A stretch of DNA of 20,000 nt. Source: Chiloscyllium plagiosum. Its lineage: Eukaryota. The notes under the pieces were generated by a model. The model was not told the DNA's origin. It did not search any database and saw nothing but the letters and a program-made list of their open reading frames with translations. The position numbers were made by a program, and so were the translations under genes. The stretch covers positions 50,435,873 to 50,455,872 of the forward strand of contig NC_057719.1 in the NCBI RefSeq assembly GCF_004010195.1, in the 5' to 3' direction. Positions 10,577 through 20,000 of the stretch are shown here, piece by piece. How positions within the stretch are numbered: position 1 is the first letter of the stretch; each line of letters starts with the position of its first letter.

Positions 10577-10975
10577 CAGGTTGTAAGTTTGCTTGCTGGG
10601 CTGGAAGGTTTGTTTTCAGACGTTTCATCACCATGCTAGGTAACATCACCAGTGAGCCTCCAGGGAAGCGCTGGTGTTCTGTCCCACTTTCTATTTGTGT
10701 CTTGGTCTGTTAAGGTGTGTGTTATCATTTCTGGTTCTTTTTCTCATAGGTTGGTAAAAGTGGTCCAAATCGATGTTTATTGATGGAGTTCCGGTTTGAA
10801 TGCCAGGCCTTTAAGGAATTTTTGTGCGCGTCTTGGTTTAGCCTGCCCCCTTGATGGATGTGTTGTCCCAGTCAAAGTGGTGTCCTTCTTTTTATGTAAG
10901 GATAATGGTGAGAATGGGTCATGTTTTTCGGTGGTTAGTTGGTGTGTACCCTGGTGGCTAGTTTTCTACCTGTCG
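10577..10975 (-). mobile_element. Penelope-like element 3' part: GIY-YIG endonuclease C-terminus plus terminal repeat
   Basis: The minus strand encodes broken TGRKLATRVH...KHDPFS...EGHHFDWDNTSI.GQAK...AWHSNRNSINKH, followed by a hammerhead motif. Confidence 0.8.
10616..10655 (-). ncRNA. Minimal type I hammerhead motif with mutated core
   Basis: The minus strand reads TCA-CTGGTGA-T-GTTACC-TAGCAT-GGTGAT-GAAA-C-GTC-TGA. Stem I (TCA/TGA) and stem II are present, but the core is CUGGUGA rather than CUGAUGA. Confidence 0.6.
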
Positions 10976-11241
10976 AAAAGGTATTGGCTGTTAGGTCTTT
11001 TACTAACCTGTACTTCAATGCTATCAATGTTTGTAGTTTCGACATGAACGAAATCTGTTGCAAATGGAAAACTTGAGGCTTGCTATGGAAATCCACTGTC
11101 TGGTTTGTTGAACTATGTAGACAGAGAACAAGGTTTCATCACTTTTTTTTTTGGTGTATGTATTGAATTAAAAGCCAGGAGCTGCCAGAGGCTGCAAGCT
11201 CTTGCTCCTGCAATCCTTACTGGAACTGTTGATTTGCATCA

Positions 11242-11559
11242 GGCGGCACGGTGGCACAGTGATTAGCACTGCTGCCTCACAGAGCCAGAGACCGGGTTCA
11301 ATTCCCGCCTCAGGCGACTGACTGTGTGGAGTTTGCACGTTCTCCCCGTGTCTGCGTGGGTTTCCTCCGGGTGCTCCGGTTTCCTCCCACAGTCCAAAGA
11401 TGTGCAGGTCAGGTGAATTGGCCATGCTAAATTGCCCGTAGTGTTAGGAAAGGGGTAAATGTAGGGGTATGGGTGGGTTGCGCTTCAGCGGGGCGGTGTG
11501 GACTTGTTGGGCCGAAGGGCCTGTTTCCACACTGTAAGTAATCTAATCTAATCTAATCT
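11242..11559 (+). mobile_element. Full-length HE1-type V-SINE
   Basis: A box tggcacagtgatt and B box ggttcaattcc. V domain tgtgtggagtttgcacgttctccccgtgtctgcgtgggtttcctccgggtgctccggtttcctcccacagtccaaaga. CR1-derived tail gaagggcctgtttccacactgt ending in (TAATC)4. Confidence 0.93.
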
Positions 11560-11648
11560 GAATCAGCAGTGAAGATTTGTGTGGTTCAATACTAACCAAA
11601 CTAGAGTTGATGTACAAACATGGAATGTGAGTTTTTAGAGGATGCAAG

Positions 11649-12076
11649 TGTGGTGAAACGGTTAAAAATTATGTCCCAATACATGTGTGAATCTAACCGG
11701 AATGGAGGTGTTGCTTAGTCCCGTGTGAATCTTATTACACACCTCCCCGTGTGAATCTTCTTATCTGTATGTAACCAGAATGGAATGTGTTTTTTAGCCT
11801 TGCTCTGCTGTTCACATGAATGTTTATATCTGGAAAAGAGTATATCAGCTGGAAAAGTCTCCAGTTCGGTGAGTCTGCTCCGGGGTTACGTTTAACCGCC
11901 GAGCGTGGGTTGTTGGCAACCGCTCTACGAGAACTGACGGCTCCCAGTTCCGGTAACATGTAGAGTGAGTATAAGCCAGACCCGTTGGTTGTGGCGACGC
12001 TGCGGGGAATAAAATGCCCATATTCTAGCAGACTCGCCTCTTGGTCGTTTGTTCTGTGTCAGACTACTCTCCTACG
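11649..12076 (+). mobile_element. Possible solo LTR-like element
   Basis: Starts TGTGG and is CpG-rich against an AT-rich background. It has internal direct repeats (gtgtgaatct x3; taacc.gaatgga x2), TATAAG at ~11970 and AATAAA at 12008-12013. No clean CA end or TSD was found. Confidence 0.4.
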
Positions 12077-12575
12077 AACCTGACCTTGAGAATTTTTTAA
12101 AACAGCAAGTAAGTGTCTTCAGGATCAGAATGATTGAAAGATGGGGAAAGAGTAATTATTATGTGCTAACTCAATGAATGAACAAAATATGTCCTAAATT
12201 GAAATATTTTTAATATTAACATGAATTCTCTGCACATGAGCGGTACCTGAGAAGATGCATTTATTGCTCATTTCTAGTTACCCTATGATGGTGATGTTTG
12301 AGCCTTCCTGAAACATCTATCCTGCTAGTGGTAGTTTTTATTTTTTCCCATTTTGGATGAAATTAATAAGTAGATGTGGGGACTTCACTCATGTATAGGC
12401 CAGGGAGCGGTGCCAAATATTAAACTGGTTGAAATCCAGCTTTTTTAAAGCTGCTTTTTCTGGACCCAGCCCATAAAGTACCTGAATTATTAAATTAATT
12501 TTAATTTACTGAAGTGATTGTTGAACTCTCAACCTGTTAGCAATCTATAACTTCAACACTACTCTTGATTTTCAG

Positions 12576-12718
12576 GTGACTATGAGAAAGGAGTTGATCA
12601 TTTAAGTAATGCTGTATCGGTCTGTGGTCAGCCACAACAGCTATTACAAGTTCTTCAGCAGACACTACCACACCCAGTGTTTCAAATGCTCATCCAAAGA
12701 TTACCTGCTGTAAGACAG
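12576..12718 (+). CDS. TOMM20L: Tom20 family exon (equivalent to exon 4): (G)DYEKGVDHLSNAVSVCGQPQQLLQVLQQTLPHPVFQMLIQRLPAVRQ
   Basis: Acceptor attttcag| and donor |gtatgc, 143 nt, phase 1 to 0, in frame with 3107-3188. Contains the Tom20 signature CGQPQQLLQVLQQTLP. Confidence 0.95.
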
Positions 12719-12949
12719 GTATGCACATATTCATTTTTGTATGCATTTCAAACTATTCACTCTTTTGATTCAATATGTTGCACATATAGTCAGCTGAAAA
12801 TAAAGAAAATGTTCTGTTTATAGAAACTACAGTGTCCTAAGGTAGATGACCTACAGATTAGCTAAGAATCTCCAAAAATGGATTTGTTTTTGTATTTCAA
12901 ATCCCATTAACTTCAAATTGGTCACCAAGGAATACTAAAAAGCTAGGAC

Positions 12950-13045
12950 TTAAGACAGATTTTTAGCATATTGGGAATGGGCAAGAAAGTGGAATTGAAA
13001 CCCTATATGTGCTATGATAGCATTAAATGTTGGAGCAGGCTTGTT
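12950..13045 (+). mobile_element. Short decayed CR1 3' end fragment
   Basis: gacagatttttag...gggcaagaaagtggaattga...atgatagcattaaatgttggagcaggcttg resembles a CR1 3' UTR, from recall. Confidence 0.4.
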
Positions 13046-13882
13046 TTGGACTGTATGTAGTCAAATCCATCAATCATGTGTTTCCAAGACCTGTTTTGCC
13101 TAGATAACAGGAAGAAAATTGAACTCAAATGTTTGCCCAACAGACAGTCTGGGGCTATAATGCAAACTGCTAAGGTGTTATATCTAACCTACCAATGGGC
13201 CTCCAAATAAACAAAGAAGAGATTATGCAAAGTACGAAATGAGGGAAGGCGCACACAGGAGGGGATGAGGGAAGGGCAACCTCATGCAGGAGTGGGTGCA
13301 ATAGAAAGAGAAACAGAGATAGTGAGCACATGATGAAGACAGGGCCCGAGATGGTGGATGTGATGGAGGGAGGGACAGTGATGGAGAGCACAAAAGGCCT
13401 GAGAAATTTTTTTTATCTAGCCACCTATGTATCTAGGTTTAATAATTCTATCTAGGCTAATTTACATGAAGACTTTGACACCAAGAAAAAAAATCTAAAT
13501 TGGCTTCAGTTTGCAAAGTTTTCTGTTCAGTAGTTATTTGGAATTACACTGATTCCCATATTACCTTTTTGGGAAATTGAGGGACAAACAATCAGTTTAA
13601 ATCATAAGCAAAACTCTGAATCCATGTGTTTAGAAAACTAGAGAAGCTTGCTTATATTATTTTGGGATATGCAAGGACATGTCTTTATTCCTTTGGAAAC
13701 TTCTTTTTGCAATACCTAAGGATTGTACCAAATCTACTTGAAAATATTACTCATGAGGTACAATAGAATAAGAGTTAGTCCGTCTTAACTGGTGTTACAG
13801 TCAGTGTTTTTTTTAAAAAGGAACTCTAAGACAAAGGCAACCTGAATTCCAATGGAAACTGAGTCACAAACATGAACAATCA

Positions 13883-14171
13883 TGCCTAATATTTTGCCAA
13901 ATTTTCCATTTTAGGTAATATATTGAAAACTCTACCTTATTACGAACTCAATTACAAATAAAACTATTTAGGATTTCTCTGCACCTGTTTGCTTTAGTGT
14001 GTGCAAGGGTAACCTTGATTCATAGAATACCTATGAAACAAGATTATCTTTATACACACTAAAGCAAATAGACACAGAATCTTAAAGTTTTATTAGTAAT
14101 TAGGTTTTTAATAATATCATCAAGTTTTCAATTTATTTACTAAAATGGAAAATTTGGCAAAATGTTTGGCA
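13883..14171. repeat. Long imperfect palindrome (fold-back, MITE-like)
   Basis: 13891-13914 and 14140-14163 are a perfect 24-bp inverted pair. Complementarity continues inward to ttcatag-AATAC-ctatgaa (loop 14026-14030). Confidence 0.9.
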
Positions 14172-14408
14172 AGTTTGAAGTGAATTTTCTTATTGTTGTC
14201 TTGTTGTGAAAGGATTATATTTGGAAACAAAGGTATGCGAAAACAAACAACTTGAAATTTTTCAAACGTAACAGGAAAGCTTAAACATTTTATCAGGAGT
14301 ATGAAGTGAAATTACTACATCAAACACTTTTTCAAAATATTTTTTGTTCTGCAATAGAACAAAACATTTGCTTTTTTCTACTAAATAATAAATGTGAATT
14401 TCTTTCAG

Positions 14409-14462
14409 CGTTTTCTTGCAGGTATGACTGCACAGAATTTGGTAGAAGATGACGTTGAATAA
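14409..14462 (+). CDS. TOMM20L: Tom20 family last coding exon: RFLAGMTAQNLVEDDVE*
   Basis: Acceptor tttctttcag|, phase 0. It ends in the Tom20 acidic tail EDDVE, with TAA at 14460-14462. Confidence 0.92.
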   Translation, partial: RFLAGMTAQNLVEDDVE

Positions 14463-14492
14463 AAACTTTACACATCTTCAGCTCCAACAAAG

Positions 14493-14498
14493 TTTATT
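14493..14498 (-). terminator. Candidate poly(A) signal for TIMM9
   Basis: First minus-strand AATAAA (TTTATT on +) that I found downstream of the TIMM9 stop, ~280 nt away. Confidence 0.55.
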
Positions 14499-14580
14499 CC
14501 ATCATTGTGAACTTTAAATGCAGTGATTGCTGTAGACTTAAGTTTACAAACAATTGAAAAGGTGTACCATTCACTTTCAA

Positions 14581-14586
14581 AATAAA
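14581..14586 (+). terminator. Candidate poly(A) signal for the Tom20 gene
   Basis: AATAAA ~120 nt after the stop. Alternatives are AATAAA at 14458-14463 (overlapping the stop) and ATTAAA at 14697-14702. Confidence 0.5.
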
Positions 14587-14776
14587 CCAGAAGTGTTGGT
14601 CCATCAGACATAATGAATTCCTGTTTCCATCCACCTCTTCTTGATTCCAAGAATGTTCATTTCGGTTGTATCTTAATAGGCACCAATGTTTTGGACATTA
14701 AAAATGTGGTCATTTGTCCACCAGTGCAGCAATGTTTTACGATTCATTTGTGCCCCGTCATTCAGTTGGTCCACTT

Positions 14777-14914
14777 TTATATTCTAGGTTGGCTAATCAG
14801 TCCTGCTTTAGCTGCTAAAGCTTCATTTTGTTGAATATGATATTCCTGAAAGCGCATTGATATTCTTTGGGTCATCTTCAGATATTTCTGCAGACAATGT
14901 TCTGAACAGGTCAC
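14777..14914 (-). CDS. TIMM9: TIMM9 last coding exon: [45 protein letters not shown]
   Basis: Acceptor ttttcaatgcag|, 138 nt including TAA. Contains the second CX3C motif and closely matches vertebrate Tim9. Confidence 0.97.
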   Translation of the reverse strand: MTCSEHCLQKYLKMTQRISMRFQEYHIQQNEALAAKAGLISQPRI

Positions 14915-16914
14915 CTGCATTGAAAATAAAAACTTATACCAAAAGGTACTGCAAACAAAACTAGTAAAGCTCAAAGTTAAGTTTCTTGTAGTTCACACTT
15001 AATAGATCATAAAAGCTAATATAAAATTTAATTTTTGCATTCCCCTCCCCTAGATATTTCCCATGTGCATGCAAAAGAGAAGTCTCACCAGTAGACAGCC
15101 GTTTGTAGAACAATGCTGCACATATTTGAACATGTCCAGCTGGACATTTCAGATCAGGAAATTTAATGCACTGTTATGCAGATACTTGTTCACAAATGCT
15201 ATTCAAAATATGTTAAATGCAGGTTTGGATGACAAAAAACAGAAATTTCTCCTAATAGCCTTAAGTCTCTTGTTATTGTTCCTTAAAAGAGACAAGGAAT
15301 TTCCAAGTTTAGCCGACCCATTTTGTCTTCTGCATTAATTACAGGAGTGGTCCCAAAGGAAAGTACTTCTGCTTTTCCGAATCATTGTGTAGATCATAAG
15401 GTGTTTGGTATTTGTTTGGTGCTTTTCCTCACAACAGTATTCCACATTTGGAAATTAAGTGGCTGCAGTGGAAAGTCCAATCAATTGTAATTAAATACAG
15501 AAGACATTTATTAATTTAAAATTTAGCTATAAGTCATGAAGGTAAGGTTTGACCAAATAAATCTCAGTATCTAGATATTTGAAATGGCATACTTTATATT
15601 TTGCAGCAGTTGGATATGTTATGACTATCAGCAAAATGATAAAACTTACAGAAATTTGAACATTTCCTTTTTACAAAAAATCCTTTTCACGAATACACTT
15701 ATATATTTAGACTTGTATTCTAGTTAGAATTTCACATTCGTAGTGGACTCTGATTATTTTACTACTGCCCTGTAATACCAGATCACATTGCATAATGAGA
15801 TGAATGACTTGGAAATGTTGGAAGAAAATTTTGGCGAATATACAAGAAACATTTCCTCCTTGAATAGTACAAATAAACCTATTAATAGCCACTTGATTTT
15901 CTATGGTATTGGTCCATTCGACTTTCTAGTTTGCATTTTCTTTCTGCTTGAAGGTTTCAAATAAGGAAAAAAAACTCATTTCTTTGAAAGAGCAATAAAT
16001 TTTGAAGAATGGTTTATGGTGAACAGAAAGAGTGTCATTTCAGCACTGAATATAAAAACATCAGAGGGAGAAAAATCATTAATGGTTTGCTAAGAATCTA
16101 TCCTCCAGTGGTACAGTGAACTCCTGCCATATGCATATTCAGTTACCCACAAAATAGTGTATAATATTTGCTTATCTAAGTTTTCCAAGAGAAATTAAGA
16201 AAACTTAAAAGTCAAAAACTAAGGCAGCTCCTAAATGAGTGTAGAACAAAGATATAGAAGGTGACCATGACTTATTTCATAGATGAGAGTGCAAGCTGTA
16301 CATGTTTCATCATCTCTGTTACCTCTTGGGCATTTTGAACATTGCTGGAGACCTTTCTAAAAAGGCAAAGTGTGACATTATTATTTTTCCCCCCAGAATC
16401 ATTTACATTTGTTGAAAACATTGGTCATATTGTTATGATGTTCTGCACATCAACTTTTGGATGGTTGGAACCTGTCTAAATTTACGTCCATTATAAAATA
16501 TTGGTCAGTTGCAAGGTTTCCAAGAACATAATCCCAAGAATGGTGGGACTTTATTCAGAAGTTAAGAAAGAAGTATTCCTCCTGACTAGCATGTGATGTT
16601 TGCATTGAGTACAATACCATATTTGATATACAGCAACTTTATACATCATAGTCAGATTGTTGAAGCATTAAGGCTTTCAAAATGACAACAAGGCATTTCA
16701 ATTTATTTACCCTAAATGAATGAGTTTAAAAATTAATGGCCTTGCTTCAAAGTCTGAAATGGAGACTATTAGAGAGCATTCATGTATCATTTAAATTATA
16801 ACTAGGATATGAATGTTCAATTCTTTCACAATAGTGGTTGAATGAATGTTACATTGAGTAATGAATGTGTTGATTTAAAATCAGTACACAGAAAATACAA
16901 AGTGTGGAATATAC

Positions 16915-17010
16915 CTCTTCTGTTTTTACATCCCTGGTTGTGAAGTCCTTCACACAGTCCATAAAGCAGTGCTCAGTCAGTTTATTGTATGTACCCAGAA
17001 ATTCTTTAAA
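16915..17010 (-). CDS. TIMM9: TIMM9 middle coding exon: [32 protein letters not shown]
   Basis: Acceptor ttgctcttgcacag| and donor |gtatat, 96 nt, phase 0 to 0. Contains the first CX3C motif. Confidence 0.97.
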
Positions 17011-17110
17011 CTGTGCAAGAGCAAGAAAAAACGAACATGATATTAAATCCTGTGACCTTAAATAACATGCTTACTAACTTAATATTAAAGTAACCTTAAA
17101 AGAAATTTAC

Positions 17111-17146
17111 CTGTTTTATCTGGTCTGTTTCTGATATTTGTGCCAT
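17111..17146 (-). CDS. TIMM9: TIMM9 first coding exon: MAQISETDQIKQ (exon probably begins at 17185)
   Basis: ATG at 17146 in gtaATGG context, donor |gtaaat. Matches human MAAQIPESDQIKQ. Upstream acceptor ttgctttattgccag| at 17186. Confidence 0.95.
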
Positions 17147-17272
17147 TACAACTATGCTTTTAGGTCTTGGGAAGATTTATTGTATCTGGCAATAAAGCAA
17201 TTCAGTAGACATGTTAGAATTGAAATGAAATGTCACATGACTTGTAAAAAAAAAATCTTGATTAGAACTCAC

Positions 17273-17376
17273 CTGAAACACGAGTTCTGACGTTCATTTC
17301 ATAAAGAGGGATATGGAGGGACGAGCGAAGTTGCAAAAATATTCTGATATCACCTTTGTGAATCTGAATATTTTTG
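17273..17376 (-). other. TIMM9: Putative 5' UTR exon of TIMM9 (104 nt)
   Basis: Consensus donor CAG|GTGAGT at 17273/17272, giving an 87-nt intron to the 17186 acceptor. Candidate acceptor gtttctcctattag| at 17377. Confidence 0.5.
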
Positions 17377-17621
17377 CTAATAGGAGAAACTTAATTTGGG
17401 CCCCTTTTGTCTAGAAGGTTGAGAATTAAACATTTATTGATTATTAAAGGTAGTCATGGGGGAGACAAAAATATTTCGACTTGGTGTTGTAACCAAAACC
17501 AGGGGTAGAAGTATAATCACTGATAACTTCAAGAAAATAATTTAACAATACTTGTTTTATATACTGCCTTGAGGGTAACAATGTCTCAGGATACTTCATA
17601 AAGCAAAATTTGATACTTGTT

Positions 17622-17815
17622 ATTACACAAAGGGTGGTCGGTGTCTGGAACATACTTCCAGGGGAAGTGGAAGAAGCAGATAAACAGCAATATTTAAGAA
17701 GCATTTAGATATACACGAACAGGCAGAGAAGAGGGGATTAGTTTAAAATGGCATCATGGTTGGCATAGAGTGTACTGAAGGACCTGTTTCTGTGCTATAC
17801 TATTTAATGTTCTGT
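17622..17815 (+). mobile_element. CR1 LINE 3' end fragment
   Basis: acacaaagggtggtcggtgtctggaac...ccaggggaagtgg encodes TQRVVGVWN.LPGEV. It is followed by tttaagaagcatttagat and the tail gaaggacctgtttctgtgct. Confidence 0.8.
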
Positions 17816-18996
17816 AACCAAAAAGTTAAACAGGTATGTTTTAAAACACCTTAAATGAGGAAGAAATTGAGAGGTTTAAGAATGGGGACTCAGAGCATAG
17901 CTGTCAATGATGGAACATGCTAAATTAGGGAATGAAATCTTTTATGGGTCTGAATGACCTGCTGAGATCTGTGGCGAGGCCAATCTTGACAAGATAATTT
18001 CATTTCTTTAAGTTTCTCGCAAACATCATGGAAAAGAAGTGATTTGATAGGGGTTAATGCTTGTTAAATGGCACAATAAGGGTGCAACTTGCCTCATTAA
18101 TAATCAGACCCCTTTCATATCACACTTGCCAAAGAAAGCACTTGGCGAATTCAGCTTGCCACTTCCTCTGAATGACCCCAATGTTTGAAAATAGGCATCA
18201 ACATCTCAAGGCACAATCCATGGGAACTGGCCACACACCTCCCACGTCAACAACCATTACCATCTGAGAGGATGGGAGAATGAACCCTAATGGTACAATC
18301 TGATCCATTTACAAGACACTTGTACACTTGACTGCTGCATCTTGAGCTACACCTGCAACAAATAATGTATCGTGCAATGAGGACATTGGACCAGGCTGCA
18401 TCTTTAAACTCTTTGCTTGCTTGCTTTCATAACATTCATTTTGACCCTACATGGATGCTCATAGCTCCTTACCTTTGTGCAGTTTGCCCCCTCAGCCAGA
18501 GCTACTAAACTTATTATTGCCATCTTTCCACATCAGGAAAGCCAGGAAAATAATTGTTAACAGGCCTCTGTCAAGCAAAGGGGGATAACTTTTGTTCAGG
18601 AGTTCACAGCAGGGTAAGTTTAAGGCAGCCAATAGTACCAGTCCATGTCTAGTTCACAGCAGTCAGAAGGAATGAGGAGCCAACTGACAGGGAGCTCTCC
18701 CCTATTTTGGGCTGTATTCCCTGTGGAGTGTAAGGGGCAAGTATTAATAAATGAAAATGAGGGGCACACCTAATACTGTTGGTGCAGGTGGGAAACTGTC
18801 CTGATTATTGAGTAGGCATTGCAAAAGACATGCAGTGTTGATGGTTCGGACAGCTCTCGTCTCTCAGTGCTTGTCTCGACATTTGACGAGGTTTTAAAGA
18901 TGGTGTAGACGCAACTGATGCTGGGGAGTTCTGGGATATCTACTGAGTGGTGAGTATTCTGTCAATGGGAACATTGTGGTAAAATGCAGCAGAATC

Positions 18997-20000
18997 AGGG
19001 GGCGCAGTGGTAGTCTGGCGCACTGACCTCTACACCGCTGAAGCCAAACGTCCCAACTCGAGGACACCTCTTCCTACTGCCCCCTTGACCATGACCCCAC
19101 CCCCATCACCAAACCATCATCTCCCAGACCATACAGAACCTCATCACCTCAGGAGATCTCCCACCCACAGCTTCCAACCTCATAGTCCGGGAACCCCGCA
19201 CTGCCCGGTTCTACCTCCTTCCCAAGATGCACAAGCCTGACCACCCTGGCCGACCCATTGTCTCAGCATGCTCCTGCCCCACTGAACTCATCTCTATCTA
19301 CCTTGACACTGTCCTATCCCCCCTTGTCCAAGAACTCCCCAAACGTTTGAGACACCACCCACGCCCTCCAACTCCTCCAAGACTTCCGTTTCCCCGGCCC
19401 CCAAAGCCTCATCTTCACCATGGATATCCAATCCCTTTACACCTCCATCCGCCATGACCAGGGCCTCCAAGCCCTCCGTTTTTTCCTCTCCAGACGTCCC
19501 CAACAGTATCTTTCCACCAACACTCTCATTCGTTTGGCCGAACTGGTCCTCACCCTTAACAATTTCTCCTTCGAATCCTCCTACTTCCTCCAGACCAAAG
19601 GGGTAGCCATGGACACACGTATGGGCCCCAGCTATGCCTGTCACTTTGTTGGCTACGTAGAGCAGTTGATCTTCCGTAATTACGCCGGCATCACTCCCCA
19701 CCTCTTCCTCCGCAACATTGGCGCCACCTCGTGCTCCCGCGAGGAGGTTGAGCAATTCATCAACTTCACCAACACATTCCACCCTGACCTTAAATTTACC
19801 TGGACCATCTCTGACACCTCCCTCCTCTTCCTGGACCTCTCCATCTCCATTAATGACGACCGATTTGACACTGACATTTTTTACAAACCCACTAATTCCC
19901 ACAGCTACCTGGATTACACCTCTTCCCACCCTACCTCTTGCAAAAATGCCATCCCGTATTCCCAATTCCTCCGCCTCCGCCGTATCTGATCCCAGGAGGA
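18997..20000 (+). mobile_element. Penelope-like retroelement reverse transcriptase (pseudogenised, runs off window)
   Basis: GAVVVWRTDLY, PKMHKPDHPGRPIVS, MDIQSLYTSI, QTKGVAMDTRMGPSYA, LKFT, FLDLSI, FYKPT and HP..CKNAIPYSQFLRLRRI, across three frameshifted ORFs. Confidence 0.93.

Noticed and set aside
11168..11425. 85-aa ORF (HIFGLWEETGAPGGNPRRHGENVQTPH) or a tRNA gene
   Set aside because: Antisense translation of the V-SINE core. The tRNA-like head belongs to the SINE.
13170..13400. Purine-rich stretch and hydrophobic minus-strand ORF
   Set aside because: Compositional bias only, with no recognisable family or splice context.
14915..14974. N-terminal extension [20 protein letters not shown] of the TIMM9 ORF
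   Set aside because: Intronic read-through upstream of the acceptor at 14915.
18150..18900. Possible old TE coding remnant (DVDAYFQT on the minus strand, loosely gag-like)
   Set aside because: A single short motif with nearby stops, which cannot be supported without a profile search.
19294..19965. 223-aa G/V/E-rich minus-strand ORF
   Set aside because: Antisense shadow of the C-rich Penelope RT.
1..20000. Prokaryotic systems such as CRISPR, retron or defence-associated RT
   Set aside because: No repeat-spacer array or operon structure. All RT fragments fit eukaryotic retrotransposon clades, and the genes have spliceosomal introns.

Overview
Eukaryotic genomic DNA, very likely from a cartilaginous fish (HE1-type SINE, shark-type CR1 and Penelope-like repeats). 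Two spliced mitochondrial protein-import genes converge tail-to-tail. On the + strand are the last three coding exons of a Tom20 receptor (3107-3188, 12576-12718, 14409-14462; probably the TOMM20L-locus paralogue, judged by TIMM9 adjacency). On the - strand is the complete 89-aa TIMM9 CDS (17146-17111, 17010-16915, 14914-14777). The stop codons are 314 nt apart and the poly(A) signals predict overlapping 3' UTRs. Most of the rest is decayed, nested retroelements: CR1, L1-clade, L2-like, Penelope-like, SINEs and a solo LTR with a TSD. Best second-look items: hammerhead ribozyme motifs in Penelope termini (one with an intact core on the + strand), a ~290-nt intronic fold-back palindrome, a hairpin plus spliced uORF in the putative TIMM9 leader, and a Tom20 paralogue that keeps canonical features. 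I see no solid evidence for an entirely new biological system.
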